Shown: positions 1 to 8,301 of the stretch, in pieces
Position numbering within the stretch: position 1 is the first letter of the stretch
How the letters are laid out: the number at the start of each line of letters is the position of its first letter
NCBI GenBank assembly: GCA_964384785.1
Contig: CAYLLH010000112.1
Span: forward strand, 1-63,029
Direction: 5' to 3'
DNA from: an uncultured Thermoplasmatales archaeon
GTDB lineage: Archaea > Thermoplasmatota > E2 > DHVEG-1
DNA: 63,029 bases
The notes under the pieces: generated by a model
The model's input: the letters and a program-made list of their open reading frames with translations, nothing else
What the model was told of the DNA's origin: nothing
The model's database searches: none
Translations under genes and position numbers: made by a program

Positions 1-184
1 CTTTGCTGTTATCTCATATAAACTTAGAAAAAACTACTTTCCATTTTAAAAAATCAAATCTTAAAAGTAGATTAAAACTATAATTTTTCAACAGGCTAAT
101 TCTTTTCTTTCTATTGTTGATGATATATCTAATCAGAAAAAAACAGAAAATGCTTTAAAAGAAAGTGAATCCAAGTTTCGATCA

Positions 185-2095
185 TTGGTAGAGCAAGCTG
201 CAGAGATGTTGTTTCTTCATGATACAAAGGGAAATATAATTGATGTTAATCAGGCTGCTGAAAAAAGCACTGGTTATTCTAAAAAAGAATTACTTGACAT
301 GAAACTTTTTGATCTTGATCCTTTTGCAAAAAAAAGAAAAGATTCTGTAAAATATTGGAAAAAACTGAAACCTGGTGATCCATCCTTAACTTTTGAAACT
401 AATCATAAAAGAAAAAATGGAAGTGTTTATCCTGCTGAGGTTACTCTTTCAAAAATTGTTTTATCTGATGGAGAATTCCTTTTGGGTTTAGCTAAAGATA
501 TAACAGAACGTAAAAAAGCAGAAAAGGAATTAAAAGATGCTCAGAAACGTTTGAAGCAGATGAATCTTCATCTTGAAAAAAAGGTGGAGGAAAGAACAGA
601 TGAGTTAAGTAAAGTAAATTCTCAGCTTAAAAAAGAAATAGAGGAAAGAAAGAATGCTGAGGAGCGTTATAGATCGTTGTTTGAAGCTTCACCAGAACTT
701 ATAGGTGAGTTTGATAAAAATGGCTGTGTTGTTTCGATAAATCCGGCTCTGGCTGAAAGTTTGAATGTTTTACCTGATGATGCTATTGGTAAAAAAGTAA
801 GTGTTTTTTCAACTGAAGATGTGATGGAGAATAGAATAAAAAAAGCAAAACAGGTTTTAAAGACAAATAAAATGATAGATTTTGAGGATAGTAGAAAAGA
901 TCGATATTTTCATAATATCTATGTTCCAATGGTTCATTCTAATGGTGATAGAACAGTGCAGCTTATTGCAAAAGATATAACTGATAGAAAAAAAGCTGAA
1001 CTTGAAAATATTCGAAATATGAAATATTTGGAAAACGTGATTAATAGTGCTTCTGAGATTATTATGGCTGTTGATCAAGAACACAAAATAGTTCTTTGGA
1101 ACAAAGCAGCTGAAAAATTTACTGGTTACAAAAGAAAACAAGTGTTGAATAAAAAAATTAATGATTTAGAAGTATTTGAAAAAGCTGTTGATTTAAAAGA
1201 AAATCTTAGACAGGTTAGTAGTGGAAAAAACCTTGTTTTGAAAAACACTTTTATCAAACCCAAAAAAGGTAACTATCGTATTATACGTTTTAATGCATCA
1301 CCAATTAGACAGACTCAGGAAAACATGGGTAATACATCGTTGTTTATCGGTACGGATGTAACTATTGATTCTGAATATCATGGACGCATTCTAAAAGGAT
1401 GTAGTTATATGGTCTCCGGTGATAGTTTTAAATCAGCTTTTGAACTTTTTAAAACTCTTACTTTTTCAGAATACAAAGGGTTATACATAACCCGGGGTAA
1501 AGTTGATAGAATTGATTTTAAAAATCAACTAAAAAATTCACAGTTTTTATTTTTGGAAAACAAGATTAAAAACAAAAAAGATACAATTTCTAATCTTGAT
1601 GGATTAATAAATAAAATAAAGATTTTCTGTGAAAAAAATAAAAACAGTGTTATTTTATTAGATAGAATTGATTATCTTTTAACCAATTTTTCTTTTGAAG
1701 AACTTATAAAAAAACTTTATCTTATAAATGATATAATCTATGAGACCGATTCTATTTTAGTTGTTTATTTTGATCCAAATATTTTTGATAAACAACAGAT
1801 TGCTATCGTTGAAAATGAATTCATGGATTTACCTGGTCAAAAAATTGATGATGTAGATATCTCTAATGATTTGTATGATATTTTAGAGTTTATATATGAA
1901 CGGAATGAAAACCAGGTTTTAGTTTCATTTAAAGATGTTGGTAAAAAGTTTTCAATTGTTAGTAAAACTACTAGTAAAAGAATAGACCGTCTTGTTGAGA
2001 AAGGACTTGTTTATATTAAAAAAGAGGGTAGACGTAAAACTCTGCATGTTTCAGAGAAAGGAAATAGGTTGCTTAATAATAGAAAGACAAACTAA
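185..2095 (+). CDS. Multi-PAS sensor protein with DUF835-like module and C-terminal winged-helix tail
   Basis: 636-aa ORF (TTG 185, first ATG 206). PAS-like blocks are joined by 'AKDITERKKAEKEL' and 'AKDITDRKKAELE' linkers and a coiled coil. 'KGCSYMVSG..GLYITRG..SVILLDRIDYLL..LVVYFDP' matches DUF835 as I remember it. The C-terminal 'SKTTSKRIDRLVEKGLVYIKKEGRRK' looks like a wHTH. Confidence 0.8.
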   Translation: MVEQAAEMLFLHDTKGNIIDVNQAAEKSTGYSKKELLDMKLFDLDPFAKKRKDSVKYWKKLKPGDPSLTFETNHKRKNGSVYPAEVTLSKIVLSDGEFLLGLAKDITERKKAEKELKDAQKRLKQMNLHLEKKVEERTDELSKVNSQLKKEIEERKNAEERYRSLFEASPELIGEFDKNGCVVSINPALAESLNVLPDDAIGKKVSVFSTEDVMENRIKKAKQVLKTNKMIDFEDSRKDRYFHNIYVPMVHSNGDRTVQLIAKDITDRKKAELENIRNMKYLENVINSASEIIMAVDQEHKIVLWNKAAEKFTGYKRKQVLNKKINDLEVFEKAVDLKENLRQVSSGKNLVLKNTFIKPKKGNYRIIRFNASPIRQTQENMGNTSLFIGTDVTIDSEYHGRILKGCSYMVSGDSFKSAFELFKTLTFSEYKGLYITRGKVDRIDFKNQLKNSQFLFLENKIKNKKDTISNLDGLINKIKIFCEKNKNSVILLDRIDYLLTNFSFEELIKKLYLINDIIYETDSILVVYFDPNIFDKQQIAIVENEFMDLPGQKIDDVDISNDLYDILEFIYERNENQVLVSFKDVGKKFSIVSKTTSKRIDRLVEKGLVYIKKEGRRKTLHVSEKGNRLLNNRKTN

Positions 2096-2130
2096 AAAAA
2101 ATATTTTAACATGGTATGTGATTTTTTTTT

Positions 2131-2697
2131 ATGGATGTAAAAAAAGCAATAGAGAAAAGACGAGCGTTTCGTTCTCTTAAAAAAGTTGATATTTCAAAAG
2201 ATTTAGTTTATGATCTTGCCAAGGCAGCTAGGCTTTCTTGTTCTTGTTTTAATAATCAACCATGGCGTTATGTTTTTGTTTATGATGAAGAAAAATTAAA
2301 TGAAATGAAGGATGTTTTATCAAAGGGTAATGAATGGGCTTATGATGCATCGATGATTATAGCAGTTTGTGCTCGCAGGGATGATGACTGTGTTATTTAT
2401 GATCGTGAGTATTATCTTTTTGACACAGGACTTGCTACTGGTTTTTTAGTTTTACGTGCTACAGAGCTAGGATTTGTTGCTCATCCAATAGCTGGATACA
2501 GTCCTAAAAAGACTAGGAAAGTGTTAGGTATTCCTGATGATATGCAGGTTATAACTTTGGTTATAGTTGGTAAACATTCACAAGAAATAAAACCTGTTTT
2601 GTCTGATAAACAGAAAGAATCTGAAAAAAAGCGTCCAGAACGTAAAATTTTTGATGATTTTGTTTTTTTGAATAAATATAAAGGAGAAAAAAAATGA
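2131..2697 (+). CDS. Nitroreductase-family protein
   Basis: 188 aa. 'AIEKRRAFRSL' and 'NNQPWRYVFV' are typical nitroreductase-fold signatures. ATGA overlap with the next gene. Confidence 0.8.
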   Translation: MDVKKAIEKRRAFRSLKKVDISKDLVYDLAKAARLSCSCFNNQPWRYVFVYDEEKLNEMKDVLSKGNEWAYDASMIIAVCARRDDDCVIYDREYYLFDTGLATGFLVLRATELGFVAHPIAGYSPKKTRKVLGIPDDMQVITLVIVGKHSQEIKPVLSDKQKESEKKRPERKIFDDFVFLNKYKGEKK

Positions 2698-2981
2698 TGG
2701 TTGAACCAGAAGTTGTTGAAGGTGAAGATAAAGGAAAAGTTATGCTGTATGCTCTTAGTACATGTGTATGGTGTAAAAAAACAAAAAAACTGCTTGAGGA
2801 TTTTGATGTAAAATATAGTTTTATTTTTGTTGACAAACTAGATGGCAAGGAACGAGAAAAGGTTGTTTCTGAGCTTAAAAAATATAACAAACGTGGTTCT
2901 TTTCCAACAATTGTTATAGATGATGATAAAGTAATTGTTGGTTTTAAAGAAGATGAAATAAAAGAAAACCTTGAGAGTTGA
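2694..2981 (+). CDS. Glutaredoxin/NrdH-like thioredoxin-fold protein
   Basis: 95 aa. CxxC active site 'STCVWCKK' and 'GSFPTIVIDD' loop. Lies in an operon between the nitroreductase and the FTR-like gene. Confidence 0.8.
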   Translation: MMVEPEVVEGEDKGKVMLYALSTCVWCKKTKKLLEDFDVKYSFIFVDKLDGKEREKVVSELKKYNKRGSFPTIVIDDDKVIVGFKEDEIKENLES

Positions 2982-2990
2982 GTTTTTTTT

Positions 2991-3491
2991 ATGGTATCTG
3001 ATGAACAGATTGATAAGCGTTATAAGAAACTTGATCGGGAGGCTGAAGCATCGGGTTATCATTTGAATCCTGACACGGAGTTTACAAAAGAATTGGTTAA
3101 GGGTTTACTTGAAAATGAAAAGCGTTATGGTTATATGGCGTGTCCTTGCCGGTTGGCTGATGGAGAAAAAAAAGAGGATTTGGATATTATTTGTCCTTGT
3201 GATTACCGGGATGCTGATCTTAATGAGTACGATGCTTGTTATTGTGCTTTGTATGTTTCCAAGGCTGTTGTTGATGGAAGAAAAAAAGCGGGTTCTATTC
3301 CAGAGAGAAGACCTTCTCGGGATGATAGAGCTCAGTTTAAAGAAAACAAAAATGAGGGTGCTTTTTTGAGTTCAGATTCTATGCCTGTTTGGCGTTGTAG
3401 GGTTTGTGGTTATCTTTGCGCTCGTGATGAACCACCGGGTGTTTGTCCTATCTGTAAAGCCAAAAAAGAACGTTTTGAAAAGTTTTCATAA
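2991..3491 (+). CDS. Ferredoxin:thioredoxin-reductase catalytic-subunit-like protein fused to a rubredoxin-type domain (FDR-type)
   Basis: 166 aa. 'ACPCR...CPC...CYC' is the cysteine pattern of FTR catalytic subunits. C-terminal 'WRCRVCGY...[10 protein letters not shown]' gives rubredoxin knuckles. Confidence 0.8.
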   Translation: MVSDEQIDKRYKKLDREAEASGYHLNPDTEFTKELVKGLLENEKRYGYMACPCRLADGEKKEDLDIICPCDYRDADLNEYDACYCALYVSKAVVDGRKKAGSIPERRPSRDDRAQFKENKNEGAFLSSDSMPVWRCRVCGYLCARDEPPGVCPICKAKKERFEKFS

Positions 3492-3496
3492 TCTTA

Positions 3497-3507
3497 TTTT
3501 TTTTTTT
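3497..3507 (+). terminator. Oligo-T tract (T11) after the redox operon
   Basis: Run of 11 T beginning 6 nt after the stop at 3491. Oligo-T is the usual archaeal termination signal. Confidence 0.4.
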
Positions 3508-3567
3508 AATATGATAAACTATTTTATTAATAATGTAATTCCAATAAAAAAAGGGTATGCAAAGAAA

Positions 3568-3735
3568 ATGGTGGAAATATCAAAGTTTTTGCTAATGGTC
3601 GAAGTACTTGTATTAGTAGTAGAAATAATAGTCATTGTGCTACTTTTAAGGCACCTCCATGGTATGGATTTTCATCAAACACAGATTGATAAACATATAG
3701 ACATTCTTGATAATCATATAAAAAAAAATGAATGA
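3568..3735 (+). CDS. Small single-pass membrane protein with heptad tail (possibly continues to 3832 after an A9-tract frameshift)
   Basis: 55 aa: 'MVEISKFLLMVEVLVLVVEIIVIVLLL' TM helix followed by 'DKHIDILDNHIKK'. A 34-aa ORF at 3728..3832 in the next frame continues the same heptad pattern. Confidence 0.35.
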   Translation: MVEISKFLLMVEVLVLVVEIIVIVLLLRHLHGMDFHQTQIDKHIDILDNHIKKNE

Positions 3736-3838
3736 ACACATAATAAAACTAGAAAAAAACACAGAACGAACAGAAAAAAACATAAAAAATTTACGCAACC
3801 ATATCGGAAAAGACGATAAAAAAAGAAGATAAAGAAAC

Positions 3839-3973
3839 TTAGATTAAGCCTTTGATTGCTGTTAAACATTCATTACAAACTTTTTTTGTTTCACCTTTTA
3901 TCTTAACATCATGCATATGTTCTTCTTCATGATGTTCTTCTCCGCATACACAACAAACACTACCGCAACTCAT
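3839..3973 (-). CDS. Cys/His-rich 44-aa mini-protein (putative metal-binding)
   Basis: Below the ORF-track cutoff. Sequence 'MSCGSVCCVCGEEHHEEEHMHDVKIKGETKKVCNECLTAIKGLI'. GGAGGTGA (complement of 3985-3992) lies 11 nt upstream of the ATG. It sits 34 nt downstream of the desulforedoxin-like gene on the same strand. Confidence 0.5.
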   Translation of the reverse strand: MSCGSVCCVCGEEHHEEEHMHDVKIKGETKKVCNECLTAIKGLI

Positions 3974-4007
3974 AATCTCTTTTTTCACCTCCAAAAAAAT
4001 ATTTTTT

Positions 4008-4205
4008 TTATTCTTTTATTCCACCACGGCCATCATCACAAGGTTCCTCGTCTTCCATAGGGCGAGCATGTTCTGGATGAGCCGGCTGGGTACAGTAATC
4101 CAAAGGAAGCTGTTTCATTTTTTCACCACAACAATCAGGAACACCTTGTTTTTCAGAAACTTCAACTGTTTTTCCGCATTCTTCACATTTAAACTTTTTA
4201 ACCAT
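4008..4205 (-). CDS. Desulforedoxin-like small metalloprotein
   Basis: 65 aa. 'KFKCEECGKTVEV...VPDCCGEKM' reproduces the CxxC...CC site arrangement of desulforedoxin. Acidic C-terminal tail. Confidence 0.65.
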   Translation of the reverse strand: MVKKFKCEECGKTVEVSEKQGVPDCCGEKMKQLPLDYCTQPAHPEHARPMEDEEPCDDGRGGIKE

Positions 4206-4226
4206 AATTTAATCAATCCTCCCATT

Positions 4227-4727
4227 TTATACAATTTCAGAAATTTTAGAAATAATCCTATTTTTTTCTTTTTCACTTAGTTCTTTGTCAAGCCGGGGAT
4301 AAAACTCTTCTTCTTCAAACTCCCTATGATTCTTCAAATATTCCTTAAGGCTATAAACATCGTTTAAAGGTTTTCTTTTACGAATATTATCCCGCCAGAT
4401 GTTTAACTTGTTAAGAATAAAGTTATGATGCTCAGTTAGCTTAGGAAGCATCTTATATCCCTCTGAAACATCAGATGGATTATAACACGTAAAAACTGCT
4501 TTTTCTTCAGTAAAAACATGTTTCTCAAGCGTCCATTCAAACTCATAAAAAACATCAATTAATTCATCAAAATCCTCATTTTTAGATTTCTCTTCCAACT
4601 CATCCAGTAGATCTTCTATTTTACAATGATCTTTAACCATATATGGCAAAATTTTTATGCTGTCATTCAAACTCAAAAATACCTCCCAAATATTCTTTTT
4701 TTTTGTATTATTGGTGAATACAATCAT
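4227..4727 (-). CDS. Hemerythrin/HHE cation-binding domain protein
   Basis: His/Glu helices 'DHCKIEDLLDELEE', 'LEKHVFTEE', 'LTEHHNFIL', 'LKNHREFEEEEFYP'. Start uncertain (alternative ATG at 4640). Confidence 0.6.
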   Translation of the reverse strand: MIVFTNNTKKKNIWEVFLSLNDSIKILPYMVKDHCKIEDLLDELEEKSKNEDFDELIDVFYEFEWTLEKHVFTEEKAVFTCYNPSDVSEGYKMLPKLTEHHNFILNKLNIWRDNIRKRKPLNDVYSLKEYLKNHREFEEEEFYPRLDKELSEKEKNRIISKISEIV

Positions 4728-4789
4728 TTATTTTATAACTTGCCATTGCATATGAAAAAAAAGAACTCTTGTTTATAAAAAGTGATTAA

Positions 4790-5737
4790 ATGAATCTATT
4801 TGTAACAACATTTCAATCAGTAGCAGTACTATTAGGAATAGGGCTAATTGGTTTTTTGATAATACAAAGAAAACTAATACCAGGTAGAATCCTAAGCCTG
4901 CTTTCACCTCTGGCTTTAGATATAGCTTTACCAAGTCTAATATTTGTAGATATACTCTTAGATTTTTCTCCAAAAACTAATCCAGATTGGTGGCAGCTAC
5001 CGCTCTGGTGGGCATTTTTCACAATCATTGCAGCAGGATTAATGTTTCTTTTTAGATATCTTTCAAAAAAAGAAACACGTAAAGAATTTGCTATAACCCT
5101 TTTTTATCAAAACGGGATATTTTTTCCATTGGCAATTCTATCTGGCATGTTTGGTGATAACTCTTATTACATAATAAGCCTATTTTTGTTTACAATTTTT
5201 TATCCTGCTTTTTTCTTCACAACATACCAGTTTTTTTATCCAAACAAAAAAACTGAAACAAAAATTGATTGGAGTAAAATTTTTCATCCTGTATTAATAG
5301 TAACTTTGATAGCGATAATTCTTGTATATCTGGGTTTAAAAAACTTTGTTCCAGATACAGTAATCTCGATTTTTTCAATGATCGGGGCTATGACGATTCC
5401 TTTGTTGATGATAATTCTTGGTGGAAATATTTATGTTGATTACAAGAAACAAGGTAAACTAGAGATTTTTGAGTTAATAAAATTTGTATCGGTTAAAAAC
5501 TTTGTTTTTCCACTTATATTTATTGGAATAGTAATACTTTTAAAACCATATCTTAGCTACACTGTAGCATTGTTATTGGTTCTTCAAGCTGCAGTACCGC
5601 CGGTGACAGCAGTTCCTTTGGTTGTTGAACGTGCTGGTGGCAATAGAGGTATAGTGAGTCAGTTTATGGTGGTAAGTTTTGTTGTATCCTTGATTTCTAT
5701 TCCATTAATGGTTTATCTTTTCGGTATAAACTTTTAG
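4790..5737 (+). CDS. AEC (auxin-efflux-carrier) family permease
   Basis: 315 aa and about 10 TM helices. The N-terminus 'FQSVAVLLGIGLIGFLI' and the two-half topology are typical of AEC transporters. Confidence 0.7.
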   Translation: MNLFVTTFQSVAVLLGIGLIGFLIIQRKLIPGRILSLLSPLALDIALPSLIFVDILLDFSPKTNPDWWQLPLWWAFFTIIAAGLMFLFRYLSKKETRKEFAITLFYQNGIFFPLAILSGMFGDNSYYIISLFLFTIFYPAFFFTTYQFFYPNKKTETKIDWSKIFHPVLIVTLIAIILVYLGLKNFVPDTVISIFSMIGAMTIPLLMIILGGNIYVDYKKQGKLEIFELIKFVSVKNFVFPLIFIGIVILLKPYLSYTVALLLVLQAAVPPVTAVPLVVERAGGNRGIVSQFMVVSFVVSLISIPLMVYLFGINF

Positions 5738-5801
5738 GAAAAAAAGAAAAAAATTAAGATTGATTGAAATTAGATTTTTTTAAAATTAAGTTTTCTTTTT
5801 T

Positions 5802-6143
5802 TTATCTTTCACATGCTTTACAGAATTCTTTGAATTTTCCGTTTTCTCTTATGATTCTGCATATTCTGCATGTTTCTGGTTTTACTGACCCGTTTCCATT
5901 TTCTATTATTTTTCTTGCTGAGATCGTTATTTCTTCGGTTACTATTTCATCTATTATTTTTACTTTTATTTTTCCTCCTCTTTTTTTGGAGAGGTATTGG
6001 CATACTGCCGCTGGTGTTATTCCGAGTTTTTCTGCGGCTTCTTTTTGGTTTAAACCGAAGTCGTTGATCATACATGCTGCGATTTCTTTTCGGATTACGG
6101 GTAGTCCATTCCACATCATGTATTCGCAGGGTGTCCGTATCAT
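5802..6143 (-). CDS. Small HTH transcriptional regulator (COG2522-like) with C-terminal Cys4
   Basis: 113 aa. HTH 'LNQKEAAEKLGITPAAVCQYLSKKRG' and C-terminal 'CRICR...CKAC'. The overlapping + strand ORF 5764..6177 is low-complexity. Confidence 0.7.
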   Translation of the reverse strand: MIRTPCEYMMWNGLPVIRKEIAACMINDFGLNQKEAAEKLGITPAAVCQYLSKKRGGKIKVKIIDEIVTEEITISARKIIENGNGSVKPETCRICRIIRENGKFKEFCKACER

Positions 6144-6268
6144 AACTTTTAATTCATTAATAGGTACTTATAATTAACGATTGTTTAAAATATTTAAGTT
6201 TTTTTATTTTTTTAAATATTTTGTATTAAAAATCTTAGTTATTTTTTTTAATTTATATCAGTGAATAT

Positions 6269-7507
6269 TTATCGTGCGGGTCTTCTTCCTAATTCTACTT
6301 TGACATCTATTTGTTCGTTATCTCTTCTTATTACTGTTAAAGTTATTAGCTGGCCTGGTTGGGTATGTCTCTCAAGATAGGACAATAATGCATCACCATT
6401 TACAATTCTATCTCCATCAATTGCAATAATTATGTCTCCACCAACAACCATATTTTTGTCATTAATTTCCACCAGTTCATCTCCTTTTTGTAAATTTGCC
6501 TTATCAGCAGGACTATTCTCTTCTACATCAACAACCAGCCATCCATAGGTCATATTTACATTCATAGCCTTAGCAATTGAATAACTCATATCAGTGCCAG
6601 ATACGCCAAGATATGAATGATTATTATATGATCCATTTTTAACTAGATCCGGGATTTCTTTTAGAATTGTATTCGACGGAATTGCAAATCCTAATCCTTC
6701 TGAATCTTGAATAATGGCTGTAGTAATGCCTATAACTTCGCCGTTATAATTCATTAGTGGACCACCCGAGTTTCCAGGGTTTATCGCAACATCAGTTTGA
6801 ATGACATTTGCAATTAAAAAACCTCCTGTATCGGATTCTTTAATGGTGCGTCCTGTTTGACTAATAATTCCAGTTGTCATAGTATTATCTAAGCCTCTGG
6901 GGTTTCCAACAGCTATCACAGGTTCACCAACCTTTAAAGAATGGGAACTATTAGTAATTTGAAGAGCTTTCAGTTCTTCAGAGGGTGCTTCAACTGACAG
7001 AACTGCTAAATCTGAATGAGCGTCAGACCCAATCAATTCACTGGGATAGCTATTACCATTTGAAAAAGTTATTACAATATCAGAAACATCAGATACAACA
7101 TGATTATTAGTAATTATTATACATTCACCATCAAATTCATATATAAACCCAGAGCCTTGTACTTCGTATTCTATATTATCAAAAAGAGTTTGATAGGATG
7201 CAATAGCTGAAATTACAACTATAGACTCTTTAACTTCATTGTATATGCTAGATAGTGATGATTCGTTAAAATAATAAGAATGCTCTGTAAAATTTTTAAC
7301 AGTATTTTCTTCTTTTGAGAGTTGATGTTCTAAATCATTAATTTGACTTTCTAAATCACTCGTTTCTGATTCTAAAATTCCATATATAAAAGACCCGGCA
7401 ACAGAAAAACCTGTAACAAAGATAACTACTATAACTCCTAAAGTTAATAACTTTTTTCCGAAATTTATTTTTCTTTTATTATTATTTTTATACATTATAC
7501 ACACCAT
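6269..7507 (-). CDS. HtrA/DegP-type serine protease with PDZ domain, membrane-anchored
   Basis: 412 aa. N-terminal TM helix, triad contexts 'ITNNHVV', 'DLAVL' and 'GNSGGPL', and a C-terminal PDZ-like region 'GDIIIAIDGDRI'. Confidence 0.9.
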   Translation of the reverse strand: MVCIMYKNNNKRKINFGKKLLTLGVIVVIFVTGFSVAGSFIYGILESETSDLESQINDLEHQLSKEENTVKNFTEHSYYFNESSLSSIYNEVKESIVVISAIASYQTLFDNIEYEVQGSGFIYEFDGECIIITNNHVVSDVSDIVITFSNGNSYPSELIGSDAHSDLAVLSVEAPSEELKALQITNSSHSLKVGEPVIAVGNPRGLDNTMTTGIISQTGRTIKESDTGGFLIANVIQTDVAINPGNSGGPLMNYNGEVIGITTAIIQDSEGLGFAIPSNTILKEIPDLVKNGSYNNHSYLGVSGTDMSYSIAKAMNVNMTYGWLVVDVEENSPADKANLQKGDELVEINDKNMVVGGDIIIAIDGDRIVNGDALLSYLERHTQPGQLITLTVIRRDNEQIDVKVELGRRPAR

Positions 7508-7692
7508 TTACTGGTTACATCTAAATATAAATCTATGCTGCCATTATGGATATTTATTTTTATTTTATGCTTTTAATATAACACACTGTAGTTGTACTTT
7601 ATAAAACTTACGATTCATTCTTTTTTATTTTTCCAGATGATTTAAGTGTATGTGGGTATAAAATTTTATAAAAGCAGAAAGTAGAATATAGT

Positions 7693-7719
7693 AATATTTA
7701 AACATATGAATATTCTTAT
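7693..7719 (+). promoter_or_regulatory. Promoter/operator of arsR copy 1
   Basis: 'AATATTTAAACATATGAATATTCTTAT': TATA-like ATTTAAA plus the palindrome GAATATTC. It is nearly identical to 8005..8031. Confidence 0.5.
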
Positions 7720-7729
7720 TATTTTTTTG

Positions 7730-7987
7730 ATGAATGAGGTTGTTTTCTTTAAGGCACTTGCTGATCCTACTCGTTTAAAAATTCTTGAATGTGTTAAAGA
7801 TGGTGAGAAATGTATTTGTGAAATTATTCCTTATACTGGTAAGTCTCAGCCGAATGTTTCTCAGCATTTGAAGGTTTTGAAAAATGCTGGTGTTGTTGAT
7901 GAGCGTAAGGATGGGACAAGGATTATGATTAAAGTTTCAAATGAAGAAGTTTTTGATATTATTGATATGGTTAGACAAATCTCTTAG
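7730..7987 (+). CDS. arsR: ArsR/SmtB-family metalloregulator (copy 1)
   Basis: 'FKALADPTRLKILE', 'CICEI' metal site, 'SQPNVSQHLKVLKNAGVV'. ATG 7730 is preferred over the track start 7706 by analogy with copy 2. Confidence 0.85.
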   Translation: MNEVVFFKALADPTRLKILECVKDGEKCICEIIPYTGKSQPNVSQHLKVLKNAGVVDERKDGTRIMIKVSNEEVFDIIDMVRQIS

Positions 7988-8004
7988 AAATATAACTATA
8001 TAGC

Positions 8005-8031
8005 AATATTTAAATATTTGAATATTCTTAT
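8005..8031 (+). promoter_or_regulatory. Promoter/operator of arsR copy 2
   Basis: 'AATATTTAAATATTTGAATATTCTTAT' contains the perfect 14-bp palindrome AATATTTAAATATT and GAATATTC. Confidence 0.5.
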
Positions 8032-8040
8032 ACTTGTTTG

Positions 8041-8301
8041 ATGAATGAAGTTGATGTCTTTAAGGCATTAGGTAATCCAACAAGATTAAAAATTCTTAAT
8101 TCAGTAAAAAATAAACCTAAATGTATCTGCGAAATAATTCCACTATCAGGTAAATCTCAACCTAATGTTTCACATCATATAAAAATTCTAAAAAACGCTG
8201 GCTTGATCTCAGAGCGTAGAGATAAAACAAATATCTTAATTGAAGCCTCTAATAAAAAAATTTTTCAAATTATTAAAATAGCGAGGATGCTAAAACAATG
8301 A
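8041..8301 (+). CDS. arsR: ArsR/SmtB-family metalloregulator (copy 2)
   Basis: 'FKALGNPTRLKILN', 'CICEI', 'SQPNVSHHIKILKNAGLI'. ATGA overlap with the permease gene. Confidence 0.85.
   Translation: MNEVDVFKALGNPTRLKILNSVKNKPKCICEIIPLSGKSQPNVSHHIKILKNAGLISERRDKTNILIEASNKKIFQIIKIARMLKQ

Noticed and set aside
3109-3369. 86-aa alternative-frame ORF inside the FTR-like gene, and the 5' part of the 3406..3735 ORF
   Set aside because: Both are embedded in or overlap a gene with strong motif support. Only the 3568..3735 portion of the latter has gene-like features.
5764-6177. 137-aa + strand ORF over the HTH regulator gene
   Set aside because: The minus-strand reading gives a recognisable HTH plus Cys4 protein. 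The + strand product is Phe/Ser/Ile-rich with no motif.
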